DNA from: Syntrophales bacterium
GTDB taxonomy: Bacteria > Desulfobacterota > Syntrophia > Syntrophales > UBA2210
Assembly (NCBI GenBank): GCA_963666365.2
Contig: CAXXNF010000001.1
Location: forward strand, 1,088,001 to 1,152,000
DNA length: 64,000 nucleotides
Reading direction: 5' to 3'
Part shown: positions 1 to 9,498 of the stretch, piece after piece
Layout: each line of letters starts with the position of its first letter
How positions within the stretch are numbered: position 1 is the first letter of the stretch
Position numbers and translations under genes: made by a program
Notes under the pieces: model-generated
Database searches by the model: none
The model's input: the letters and a program-made list of their open reading frames with translations, nothing else
Told to the model about the DNA's origin: nothing

Positions 1-45
1 CATACCTTCGGGGAACTGATTGTACGCTTCATGAATACCGTTCAT
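1..45 (-). CDS. Possible 5' end of a gene running off the window (MNGIHEAYNQFPEGM...)
   Basis: ATG at 45 preceded by GAAAGGCGG; frame open to window edge; co-oriented with the upstream operon. Confidence 0.35.
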   Translation of the reverse strand, partial: MNGIHEAYNQFPEGM

Positions 46-133
46 AGAACCCGCCTTTCATTCTTTTCATACTTGATGGTCCGTACGTAATAGGAAATTG
101 TGCGAATTCGCCACCGTTGCCGCCCCGATTTCT

Positions 134-1009
134 CTATATATAGACCACATCGGCTGCCTTACGGGGCGGTATGTTTCTGATCGTGAAGCCCTGTGCCGGG
201 ACACCGACGGCAAGAATCTCGTACAGCCGGCGGCCCTGCGGCATCTCAATCCCCATTTCACCCAGCGAATCGGGCGACTGATTTATTGCCATTGTGAGAA
301 GTCCGAGCATACAGGTCCCCAGTCCCATGGTCACGGCCTGAAGCGCCATATTATGCGCGGCAAGCGTCGCATTGATAAATGAATCGTCACGGTTCGGCCC
401 CGGTCCGTGAACGAGAATCACGCAGGGGGCATTGTTCGTGAGTTCCATGCTGCCCGTGTTGTCGTATATGTCGACATGCCACTGCAGTCTCGGGGCCATG
501 AGATTCACGATATAGGCTTTTTCCTTGCCGATGAGTCCAACCAGCCTGTCCTTGTCAAGTTCCAGAATACGCCGGAAAGCATTCAATCCCGCCTCACCCA
601 GTTTTCGTATCTTGTCGAGGCTGGTGAGCACGATGTAGCTGACATCCTGACTGTTGTGGCCGGTGGGGGCATAGCGCGCCACATCGATAAGCTGTTCGAT
701 GTCCTCTCTGGTAGGCACTACATCCTTACGGAATTTTTTGCAGCTTCTTCGCGAATAGAGCAGCATGCTCATATCCCCGGCTGACGGCAGCGATCCCACG
801 GGCCTCAATTTCACCGGACCGTAGGGGGAAAGTACAAGGGCCCCTTCCTCCGGACAGACTGACAGGCAGTGCCCGCATCCAAGACAGGTGTCCTGCGCAT
901 ATGTTGCAAGCTGCACCTTCCTGTTTTCATCGAGAACAAAATTCTGCCGTGAGCATACGGTCAGGCAGGACTTGCAGGATCGGCATATCTGCTGATTATG
1001 CGTTATCAT
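134..1009 (-). CDS. Nitroreductase family protein with N-terminal 4Fe-4S ferredoxin domain
   Basis: CxxCxxCxxxC twice (CRSCKSCLTVC, CLGCGHCLSVCP); nitroreductase motifs SRRSCKKF, YAPTGHNSQ, GLGTC; start chosen at ATG 1009 with AAGGGG SD. Confidence 0.9.
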   Translation of the reverse strand: MITHNQQICRSCKSCLTVCSRQNFVLDENRKVQLATYAQDTCLGCGHCLSVCPEEGALVLSPYGPVKLRPVGSLPSAGDMSMLLYSRRSCKKFRKDVVPTREDIEQLIDVARYAPTGHNSQDVSYIVLTSLDKIRKLGEAGLNAFRRILELDKDRLVGLIGKEKAYIVNLMAPRLQWHVDIYDNTGSMELTNNAPCVILVHGPGPNRDDSFINATLAAHNMALQAVTMGLGTCMLGLLTMAINQSPDSLGEMGIEMPQGRRLYEILAVGVPAQGFTIRNIPPRKAADVVYI

Positions 1010-1113
1010 ATTCGGTTTCCCCTTTAAAAATGGTTCCCTTGCTCGTACATGTTCCCGAAGTGCGGCGATACTAAAGATATTCCTGCCTCTCGGGGCCTCG
1101 AACGACCCTGGGG

Positions 1114-1800
1114 TCAAATCCTGCCGAGAAATTCCTCGATGGCCTCATTGACTTCCTTCGGCTTTTCGGCAAAGACGAAATGAGTGCCGCCCTCTATAAT
1201 GACGGCGCGGGCGCCCGCAATATTTTTTTCTACAAATTGACTGTACTTGGGCGGGGTCATTTCATCATCGGCGCCGCAGATAGCCAAAGTCGGTAAGGTG
1301 ATTTCGTGCTCCCGCCCCATGATATTGAAATTATCGCAGGCGCGCATGTCGTTCAACATAACCGCCGGACCGTTTTCCAGAACCCGCCTTGTAAGAATGC
1401 CGGTCAATGTAGGATCGATACGTTCGTAGCTTGCCCCGGCAAATTCTTCAAAAATATCCGGCTCGACGCAGGCCTTTTCCAAAGATTCCAAAAACAGTGG
1501 ATGCACACGAAGCCGCACACCGCTCCCCAGCAGGATAAGACCTTTCAGACCATCTGGATATTTGAGGGCATAGGCGAGGGCAATGCCGCCTCCCAGCGAA
1601 TGACCGGCAAGCACCACGTCCTCATACCCGCGATCTTTCACATACGCGTGCAACCAATCGGCATACTCGTCAATGGTGGTGCAGGGCTCACCCTCGGGAT
1701 GACCGGGAAGATTCACCGCCTCCGAATTATCAAAATAGTCCGTCTGATACTGAAAGGACTCTTTGGCGCCTCCCGAACCGTGAATAAAGATCAATTGCAT
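1114..1800 (-). CDS. Alpha/beta-fold hydrolase
   Basis: HGSGG, GHSLGG nucleophile elbow, D(DEMTP) and GTH catalytic His. Confidence 0.9.
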   Translation of the reverse strand: MQLIFIHGSGGAKESFQYQTDYFDNSEAVNLPGHPEGEPCTTIDEYADWLHAYVKDRGYEDVVLAGHSLGGGIALAYALKYPDGLKGLILLGSGVRLRVHPLFLESLEKACVEPDIFEEFAGASYERIDPTLTGILTRRVLENGPAVMLNDMRACDNFNIMGREHEITLPTLAICGADDEMTPPKYSQFVEKNIAGARAVIIEGGTHFVFAEKPKEVNEAIEEFLGRI

Positions 1801-1937
1801 GACATCGCCCCCTTTTCGCAGAATTATCAGGCACTATCGGCCAGTCGAACCGTTATGGACAGACAACCGCTTCCGCATTAAATGATTGCAGTGTAAGACG
1901 AAGAAAAGGGTGAGTCAACAATAATGTACTTTTTATT

Positions 1938-2516
1938 TTATTTTACAAGCTTGAATTCATCTCTGCGATTTTGAGCCCAGGCGTCTTCGTCGTGACCCGG
2001 AGCTGCAGGCTGCATCTCTCCATAACTGACGGCGATCAAGCGGTCGGGGGAGATCCCGAGAGAGGCGAGATAGGCCTTGGCCGCTTCGGCGCGCCGCTGT
2101 CCAAGGGCGAGATTATACTCCGAGGAACCCTGTTCATCGCAATGACCTTCGATCCTCAGGGATAGTCTTGGATGGGCCTGGAGCCATGCGGCCTTCCTCA
2201 TCAGAATTTCCCGGGCCTCAGGTTTCAGATCATACCTGTCAAAATCGAAGAATATCTTTTCCGACTCGAATCGGCTCGCCTCCGACGGACTCACGACCTG
2301 TACAATAGCCTCGGATTCCACTTTTCCCGGCGACGCAGGCGCTGCCTTTGCCGTTGCCGCGGGTTCCCTCGTTGTTGCCGATGCCGCTTTCCGGTCTGTC
2401 GTGGCTGATAGTGTTGGCTCACTCGTCACCATCACATCTTTTGTTGCACATCCCGATACCATTAGCACCATCGCCAACAGGAGAAATAACACCGTCATTG
2501 CACCATACTTTTTCAC
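1938..2516 (-). CDS. pal: Peptidoglycan-associated lipoprotein (OmpA-like domain)
   Basis: Lipobox VSGC; IFFDFDRY, IEGHCDEQGSSEYNLALGQRRA, SYGE...NRR; GTG start with GAGGTG SD. Confidence 0.88.
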   Translation of the reverse strand: MKKYGAMTVLFLLLAMVLMVSGCATKDVMVTSEPTLSATTDRKAASATTREPAATAKAAPASPGKVESEAIVQVVSPSEASRFESEKIFFDFDRYDLKPEAREILMRKAAWLQAHPRLSLRIEGHCDEQGSSEYNLALGQRRAEAAKAYLASLGISPDRLIAVSYGEMQPAAPGHDEDAWAQNRRDEFKLVK

Positions 2517-2567
2517 GTTTACACCTCTTGACAAAGATTTTGAATTCGAATGATTGAACCGGAACAG

Positions 2568-2596
2568 CCGGGAAAGGGATGCATCCCCTTTCCCGG
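2568..2596. terminator. GC-rich hairpin between small OB-fold gene and pal
   Basis: ccgggaaaggg-atgcatc-ccctttcccgg perfect 11-bp stem; no clear U-tract. Confidence 0.45.
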
Positions 2597-2620
2597 GTCT
2601 CGATACTGTAGAGCAGCCTA

Positions 2621-2914
2621 CTAAATTTCTTCAAAACTTGCAACCGTAAGGGTCTTTTGATCACCTTCGGTCTGGACAGTTCCCTTTACCTCAACCTTCT
2701 TGTCGACCATGACCGCAAGCTTTTTCCCCATGTCGTCCTGGGCGATAAAATAAGAGGTCCCGTCTCCGGCAACCAGCTGTCCCGTGGGATTTACGGTCCC
2801 AACAATTACTGTTTCATCGGCTGCAGTGGCATTCGTTACCATTGCATTGGCAAAAAATAACGATGCTGCCACCAGACAAAACACCACCACAACTACCCCC
2901 AAATACTTTTTCAT
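2621..2914 (-). CDS. Small exported protein, probable OB-fold
   Basis: Signal peptide MKKYLGVVVVVFCL...; GGAGG SD; C-terminal KVEVKGTV...LTVASFEEI beta pattern. Confidence 0.7.
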   Translation of the reverse strand: MKKYLGVVVVVFCLVAASLFFANAMVTNATAADETVIVGTVNPTGQLVAGDGTSYFIAQDDMGKKLAVMVDKKVEVKGTVQTEGDQKTLTVASFEEI

Positions 2915-2984
2915 GCAACTACCTCCATTGTGAAATAAATTATGAGCACCATGCTCCTTTATTACCGGATCCATCTTATGATAG

Positions 2985-3266
2985 TTATCCCGGTTTTCTT
3001 GTGATTTTATATTCTATTACTTCTAGATAGAGCCGATCGTCATATCCCTGTTCAATAAATCCGCGAATCTCTACGGAACACCGAAAATATGCGGCAAGTT
3101 CCCTGTTTTTCTTTATGGGAATGGGGAAGTATCTCTGTTCTTCCTCCGCGTCGATGACAACATCGACAACGAGGCCCTTTTCATCCCATGACCACGGGAC
3201 AATAATCCCCCGTATGCAGATAAGTTCCCCCTCTTCTCGCCCTTTCCTATCCATAACCGTCATCAT
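2985..3266 (-). CDS. Small hypothetical protein, probable OB-fold, similar pattern to neighbour
   Basis: IRGIIVP...SVEIRGFI...LEVIEYKI beta-rich pattern; co-oriented. Confidence 0.6.
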   Translation of the reverse strand: MMTVMDRKGREEGELICIRGIIVPWSWDEKGLVVDVVIDAEEEQRYFPIPIKKNRELAAYFRCSVEIRGFIEQGYDDRLYLEVIEYKITRKPG

Positions 3267-3414
3267 GTGCAGCTATAACTGCCATTTGTAGTTCTGCTGT
3301 CAGGCTGTTGCCGGAGAACAGCAGGCATCTGCCATAATATCTGCTCCCTTCCAGCGGTACTCCTTCACTCTCTGCAGATAAACTTCATGTTTCGAACTGC
3401 CGTGCAGGACAAAT

Positions 3415-3430
3415 TGCATTCGCCGCGCCA
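3415..3430 (-). promoter_or_regulatory. Putative sigma54 -24/-12 promoter
   Basis: TGGCGCGGCGAATGCA (GG-N10-GC) just downstream of a sigma54 activator gene, preceded by an AT-rich tract. Confidence 0.6.
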
Positions 3431-3609
3431 AATCATAACATGCTGATATTATGTAGTATAAATGATTGGTCCAACAGAAATCGGAACTATTATTCCGTAT
3501 TTAAAAAATCGGCATGGCAAGGTATAATGATTACATCTATCAGATATCATTACAGTAAACTGATACCAGGAACTTTTTGTCCTATTTTCCTGACGACGAA
3601 CAAGAGTTC

Positions 3610-5028
3610 TTATTTGACCGGTGAGTGTTTCTTGTCCTTGAAGATATCCTTATGAAGATCATACTTTTTCATGAGTTTGTGCACCTGCCTCGTTGAGATG
3701 CCGCCCTTTTCAGCCGTTCTCCGGATATTTCCCCGGAATTCATCAAGCAGTGTTCGAAGATACTCTTTCACTGTGGTATCCTTGATCTCCGCGAGGGAAC
3801 CGGCGGTGCGCGGCAAAGAGTGGTCTCCGGTACGACAGTCGAAGGAAAGCTCCTTGGGAATGCTGGCCGGTGTGATAACCTCTGATTTTTCAATAATAAA
3901 GGCACGTTCTATGATATTCTTCAACTCACGGATATTTCCAGGCCAGCAATAACACTGTAACAGTTCTATTACTCGTGGATCGATATTGTTGATTACTTTC
4001 ATGTTTATTCGGTTGAGCTCTCTGAGAAAACCGTCTGCCAGCAGGGGAATGTCCTCGATCCGTTCCCGCAGGGGAGGAATCTCTATGGGAAATACGCTGA
4101 GCCGATAGAAAAGATCATTTCGGAATAGACCCTCTTCTATCATCTCTTCCAGATTCGTATTTGTCGCTGCGATCACGCGTATATCCACAGGGATATCTAC
4201 TTCGCCTCCCACGCGTTGAAGGGTTTCTTCCTGGAGGACCTGAAGCAACTTGACCTGCGCCGATGGGGTCATAGTGCCTACCTCATCAAGAAATATGGTA
4301 CCCTTATCGGCGATTTCGAATTTTCCCAGCTTTCTCCGGTCCGCACCGGTAAAGGCCCCTTTTTCATGGCCGAACAATTCGCTTTCCAGCAGCGTATCCT
4401 GAATGGCGCCGCAGTGAACCTGTATGAACTGCTTATCGGCCCTGTTGCTGTACCGGTGTATGATCCGGGCGAGGACACTTTTACCGGTACCCGTTTCACC
4501 GGTAAGGAGGACCGTTGTTTTCATGGGGGCAACGGCCATAAGCTTATCAATGGCACTGCGCATTGCCTGACTTTCCGTATGGATGCTGTCAATACCGCTC
4601 TGCAGGAATCTGCCTCGCAGGTACTGAAGTTCCGATTTCATGAGAAGTGTCCTGTACACGCTTTCCGTAATATATTTTAATTCATCTCTGTCAATAGGGC
4701 GGGTAATATAGTTACTCGCCCCGCCTTTGACGGCCATAACGGCCTTTCGAATGTGCATCGCAGAAGTAAGAACGATGATTTGCGCTGTGGGAAATACCTT
4801 CCAGAAATTCATAAGAGCCCTTTTGAAATAGGGATCATCACCCAGCGTCGATTGCAGATGTTCCAAGAATTCCATATCAATAAAGAGGTATTCGCAGCGC
4901 TTCCTCCCGAACATTTCGATACATTGAGCAGCGCTTACCGCTACATCGATACGATATTCCATGTTGAAGGATTCTCTGATGGCCTGAACCGTGTCGCTGT
5001 CGGTCGTTGCCACAAGAATGAGTTTCAT
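3610..5028 (-). CDS. Sigma54-dependent response regulator (receiver-AAA+-HTH, NtrC family)
   Basis: Receiver N-terminus; GETGTGKS, ELFGHEKGAFTGA, FLDEV, WPGNIREL; C-terminal HTH. Confidence 0.95.
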   Translation of the reverse strand: MKLILVATTDSDTVQAIRESFNMEYRIDVAVSAAQCIEMFGRKRCEYLFIDMEFLEHLQSTLGDDPYFKRALMNFWKVFPTAQIIVLTSAMHIRKAVMAVKGGASNYITRPIDRDELKYITESVYRTLLMKSELQYLRGRFLQSGIDSIHTESQAMRSAIDKLMAVAPMKTTVLLTGETGTGKSVLARIIHRYSNRADKQFIQVHCGAIQDTLLESELFGHEKGAFTGADRRKLGKFEIADKGTIFLDEVGTMTPSAQVKLLQVLQEETLQRVGGEVDIPVDIRVIAATNTNLEEMIEEGLFRNDLFYRLSVFPIEIPPLRERIEDIPLLADGFLRELNRINMKVINNIDPRVIELLQCYCWPGNIRELKNIIERAFIIEKSEVITPASIPKELSFDCRTGDHSLPRTAGSLAEIKDTTVKEYLRTLLDEFRGNIRRTAEKGGISTRQVHKLMKKYDLHKDIFKDKKHSPVK

Positions 5029-5279
5029 AAACCGTAAGTTCCCCTTATTCGTACGTTGATCATTATGCGTTCTTTTAATCCTATCTGACTATAAATACAA
5101 CAGATATTTAAAAAGCGGACGACGATTGTTTCCGCGACACATAACGACATTTCATACTCATAAGAGAAATTTATGTATGGATATTTTTTCACGCATTGGT
5201 ATGATGCATTAATCACGCCGAATGTTGATTAATGAACCGATGGGAAAGGCTTTTTGCGCACACACAAAGGAGGAAACTC

Positions 5280-6470
5280 ATGGCACACACCACATTTATT
5301 GAAGCATTCGATCCTGAAGGAAAGAGCCTCAACATCTGCGAGCATTGCGGCGTCTGTTTGCAGCAATGCCCCGTAATGAAAATGGAAGAAGAGGAATCCC
5401 GGGCGGAAATGGGCCGGTTGCTCAGGGGGCAGGAACCTGACCGTGTGCTCAAAGAATGCACTTTCTGTTTCGGGTGCAATCATTATTGTCCCCATGGTCT
5501 GCGGCCTTATGCCCTTATCATGGAACGGGCTGCGGAGAAGAATCGAAAGGCCGGCACGGGGTTCCCTCCCTATATCGACTACCTCTTGACGGGAAAGACC
5601 GATTCTTCCGTCTTCGGCGATGTATATACCACAGAGTCTGAAGAAGAAAAGGCCATTCTGGACACGTGGGAGGTCGTTCCTCCCAAAAGCCCGGAGGTGC
5701 TTTTCATCGGGTGCATCGGTCGACAGATTCCATACGGTACGGAACACTCATCGCTGTTCGCGGAACTTCCGAAGTATGCACCGCGCACTGCCTGTTGCGG
5801 AGAACTTGCCTATCGATACGGGGACTATGACACTTTTGCAAAGACCGTCGAGCGAACTCGGGAAATGCTGGAACGCCTCGACACGGAACGCCTGATCTGC
5901 TACTGCGGTTCCTGCGCGAATTTTCTGGGCAATATTTGGCCGAATTATCACGGCGTCACATTACCCTTTGAGATCATATCGGTGTGGCAGTGGTTGTGGG
6001 AGAAATACCGGAACGGTGAAATAAAGGTAGTACGCCCTATCAATCGGACGGTAGTCATTACCGACTCCTGTTACAGCAGCGAACTGGGTGACGGATTCAT
6101 GGATGCGGTCAGAGGACTTCACAGAGCAGTGGGAATGGAGGTGGTGGAACTCGAGAACAATCGGTTCGAAAATCTCAGCTGCGGCATGGTGTCCGGCTTT
6201 CGAAAGAACTACGACCTGGGCGTAAGCGCCAAAGAAGCGGGAAAAAAGATGGTGCAGATTCTTGACACAAAGGTGGGCGATCTTAGCTGCTATTGCCCCG
6301 GTTGTTATATGCAGCTCCGTGGCGCGGCCAAAATGTCCCAGGTGAAAATCCACTATGCCCTGGAGGAAATTCTCTGGGCCTTTGGCGACGAATATCCGGT
6401 TCCGCTGGAAACAAGGGCGGATGCACAGGTCGCACGTTTCATAGAAAAAATAAAAGAGTCGTTTTCGTAA
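5280..6470 (+). CDS. Fe-S oxidoreductase with CCG domains (HdrD/GlpC-like)
   Basis: CEHCGVCLQQCP, CTFCFGCNHYCP, CCGE, CGSC, DSC, CPGC; GGAGGA SD. Confidence 0.88.
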   Translation: MAHTTFIEAFDPEGKSLNICEHCGVCLQQCPVMKMEEEESRAEMGRLLRGQEPDRVLKECTFCFGCNHYCPHGLRPYALIMERAAEKNRKAGTGFPPYIDYLLTGKTDSSVFGDVYTTESEEEKAILDTWEVVPPKSPEVLFIGCIGRQIPYGTEHSSLFAELPKYAPRTACCGELAYRYGDYDTFAKTVERTREMLERLDTERLICYCGSCANFLGNIWPNYHGVTLPFEIISVWQWLWEKYRNGEIKVVRPINRTVVITDSCYSSELGDGFMDAVRGLHRAVGMEVVELENNRFENLSCGMVSGFRKNYDLGVSAKEAGKKMVQILDTKVGDLSCYCPGCYMQLRGAAKMSQVKIHYALEEILWAFGDEYPVPLETRADAQVARFIEKIKESFS

Positions 6471-6508
6471 AGAATAACGACAGTAAAATATTAAATAGGG
6501 AGACTGTA

Positions 6509-7429
6509 GTGATTAAGACGTGTTGGCGTGTATGTATTGTTCTGGCAGGAATTTTGTCTCTTGCCTTCGGATCCGTTCTCACAGCCGGTGCCGCAGGGAA
6601 TGGTTATACACCAGGCACCGAAGGGGTAATGGCGGCAACGATCCCCCCACCGGGTTTTCACTATCGAATGTATAATACGTATGTCGATGCAGACACGCTC
6701 ACAGATAAAAACGGTGACGAGTTGAATGTCGGCTTTGACCTGATGGTATTTGCGCAGGCGCACCGTTTTGTATGGATTACTAAACAAAAGCTTTTCGGCG
6801 CCGATTACGGCATGAGCGCCATAGTGCCGCTTATTTCGACGGATTTTAACGTGGACGCACTGAACATTCATGACTCCGAAACCGGACTAGGGGATATTTT
6901 CATAGAACCCCTGGTGTTGGGCTGGCACGGTGAGCGCTACGATATCGGCCTGGGGCTGGGCCTCAATCTGCCCACGGGCAAGTTCAGTCGGAATGAACCC
7001 GCCTCCTGCGGCAACGGGTATGTAAGCGGATTATTGACATTGGGTGGAACTTACTACCTTGATGACGAAAAAGCATGGACAGCCTCGGCGCTGACGCGCA
7101 CTCTGGTCTATGGCGAGCAGGAAGAGACGGATGTAACTCCAGGGTGGGAATTTATTGTTGACTGGGGCATCGGGAAACAGTTTCCGCTCACGAAAGGCGT
7201 GCTTGCCAGACCCGGAATCTGCGGGTACACCTATCACCAGCTTGGAGAAGACCATGGTCCGGGGACAGCCGGTGACAAAGGAAGGAACTTCGCAATCGGC
7301 GCGGAGGTCAACCTTTTCTGGCTGCCGCCCTGTCTGTTTCAGGCAAATTTGAGAGTGTTGAAAGAATTCGGCGCAAAGGACGAAGCGGAATCCACCAAGG
7401 TTGTCCTCACCCTGAGCAAGTCTTTTTAG
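6509..7429 (+). CDS. Outer-membrane beta-barrel, SphA/MetA-pathway-of-phenol-degradation family
   Basis: Signal peptide; PPPG; GLGDIFIEPLVLGWH; PTGKF; terminal Phe; GTG start with GGGAG SD. Confidence 0.8.
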   Translation: MIKTCWRVCIVLAGILSLAFGSVLTAGAAGNGYTPGTEGVMAATIPPPGFHYRMYNTYVDADTLTDKNGDELNVGFDLMVFAQAHRFVWITKQKLFGADYGMSAIVPLISTDFNVDALNIHDSETGLGDIFIEPLVLGWHGERYDIGLGLGLNLPTGKFSRNEPASCGNGYVSGLLTLGGTYYLDDEKAWTASALTRTLVYGEQEETDVTPGWEFIVDWGIGKQFPLTKGVLARPGICGYTYHQLGEDHGPGTAGDKGRNFAIGAEVNLFWLPPCLFQANLRVLKEFGAKDEAESTKVVLTLSKSF

Positions 7430-7538
7430 GCACGCACAGGTCCTCCTGTCCTGAAAATCTTTCGGCCCGTGTAAAATTGAGACCGGTTAACAGTACCGCG
7501 GTGATTGAAAGGGTGCCGCACTACGGTCTGTTGCCGAA

Positions 7539-7568
7539 AAGCTCCCCGCATCCTGCTGCGGGGAGCTT
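7539..7568 (-). terminator. Intrinsic terminator of SDR gene
   Basis: aagctccccgca-tcctgc-tgcggggagctt stem followed by TTTT on the minus strand, 7 nt after the stop. Confidence 0.7.
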
Positions 7569-7575
7569 CGCGCTG

Positions 7576-8340
7576 TTAGATCAGCATGCCGCCGTCGCAG
7601 ACGACGCAGGTGCCCGTGGTGTAGGATGAAGCATCGGACACGAGGTACAGCACTGCACCCGCCATTTCCATGGGTACGGCATGACGGTGCATGGGAACTC
7701 GCTCTACGGCCAGTTTGTAGATTTCCTCGTTCGTAAAAAGCGCCGAAGCGAACTTCGTCTCCGTCAGCCCCGGGAGAAGGGCGTTTACACGGATGTGCGC
7801 CGGCGCCAATTCCTGGGCGAAGGCCTTGGTCATGCTGATCATGGCAGCCTTGGTGATGGAATAAATGCCCTGAAAAATTGCGGGGCTGACACCGTTTATC
7901 GAGGCCACATTGACTATAGCGCCGCCCCCGCCCTCGGTCATAAGCTTTGCGGCGTTCTGAATCATAAAGAAGGGGCCCTTGAGGTTCACTTCCTGTGTTT
8001 TGTCCCACACACCTTCATCGGCCCCGATCATATCGCCGAAATAGGGGTTGGTGGCGGCATTGTTGACCAGGATATCCAGTTTCCCGAATTTCTCCTTTAC
8101 TTCATTGAAAAGTTCCGCAATCTGATCCATTTTCCCCATGTTGCAGGCGATCGGCGCCGCAACGCCTCCAATCTCTTCGACCTTCGCCGCCACTTCTTTG
8201 AGCGCATCCAGTTTCCTGCTGACGAGAATCACCCGGGCGCCGTATTCCGCCAGCGTCATGGCAATGGCCTCTCCGATGCCCCTGCTTGCCCCTGTGATCA
8301 GGGCTGTTTTTCCCTCGAGAGAAAAATCAACTGTCTTCAT
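7576..8340 (-). CDS. Short-chain dehydrogenase/reductase
   Basis: TGASRGIG, NNAA, YSITK. Confidence 0.95.
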   Translation of the reverse strand: MKTVDFSLEGKTALITGASRGIGEAIAMTLAEYGARVILVSRKLDALKEVAAKVEEIGGVAAPIACNMGKMDQIAELFNEVKEKFGKLDILVNNAATNPYFGDMIGADEGVWDKTQEVNLKGPFFMIQNAAKLMTEGGGGAIVNVASINGVSPAIFQGIYSITKAAMISMTKAFAQELAPAHIRVNALLPGLTETKFASALFTNEEIYKLAVERVPMHRHAVPMEMAGAVLYLVSDASSYTTGTCVVCDGGMLI

Positions 8341-8722
8341 ACCGTTCCTCCGTTTCTATGGAATATTTTTAAACTATTGCAGTGGGATTGCATAGGTACC
8401 CATGTTCGACCAGCAACACTTTTCATGTAAATGCCTCTCAGTCAACAGTTTTCTGATCAAAAACAAAATATACAGGCGCAATAAACCTCTTGCACGGCAA
8501 TATCAGAGCCTGCAATGAAGAAAACAGTAAGGATCCACCTTTTTCGACCGCTTCTTTATGCTTGACAAGAGGACATCGACACGCCTATGTACAGATATCT
8601 TTCAGAGTTTTTTGCAGCCACTCCATCAGATACCGCCTGCACTATTTGACCGGCGGAAATATCCTATAAGGACTACATTCAGCCTGTCAGGAATATTTAT
8701 AAAAAAGACACTTGAGGAAAAC

Positions 8723-9403
8723 ATGTCGCGAAATTTCAAATTTTCGATCCTTACGTCACAGCTGTTTTTGTCTTTTCTTTACCGCTTTATACGTATTTAT
8801 TCAGCAACATTTCGGCTGACCGTCCAGAACGAAGAGGGATGGCGTGATCATATAGAAAAGGGAGGCAAAGTTCTGCTCTGTGTCTGGCATCAGCAATTCT
8901 TTTCCGCAATTCGTCACTTTAAAGAATATCGTCACTACCATCCCAGCCTGATGATCAGCAGGAGCGCCGATGGAGAAATCATTGCAGGCGTGGCCAACCG
9001 CACCGGGTGGAATACTGTGCGCGGTTCGTCGTCGCGGGATGGACGCAAGGCATTGAGTGAAATGATGGAAACGCTGAAACACTCCTCGCTGGCCGCCCAC
9101 ATCCTGGACGGGCCGAGAGGCCCTGCCGGGATTGTCAAACCGGGCGTCATCCGCCTGGCCGGGGCTACGGGCGCGGCGATTGTGCCTTTCTATACGAGTG
9201 CCGACAGGGCCTGGTATTTTAACAGCTGGGACAGATTTATGCTCCCGAAACCCTTTGCCCGGGTGACCCTGCGGTTCGGAGACATAATTACCTTAGCCGA
9301 TGCAGACACCGAAGAGGAGTTCGAATCTCAGAGAAAGGCCCTCGAAACGCTCATGGGTCCTTCGCTGATCCTTCCTGAAGCCAGAGGTTCCATCTCACCC
9401 TGA
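8723..9403 (+). CDS. DUF374 / lysophospholipid acyltransferase family protein
   Basis: WHQQ, SRSADGE, RGSSSRDG, DGPRGP, SWDRFMLPKPF. Confidence 0.85.
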   Translation: MSRNFKFSILTSQLFLSFLYRFIRIYSATFRLTVQNEEGWRDHIEKGGKVLLCVWHQQFFSAIRHFKEYRHYHPSLMISRSADGEIIAGVANRTGWNTVRGSSSRDGRKALSEMMETLKHSSLAAHILDGPRGPAGIVKPGVIRLAGATGAAIVPFYTSADRAWYFNSWDRFMLPKPFARVTLRFGDIITLADADTEEEFESQRKALETLMGPSLILPEARGSISP

Positions 9404-9498
9404 TTCGAATCAGATACCGGCGGACGCCCGAATTTTCGAAAAATTAGTAATGGCATTACATGGATTTCGGCTGTATATAAGTAGAGAGAGTGACGCCT

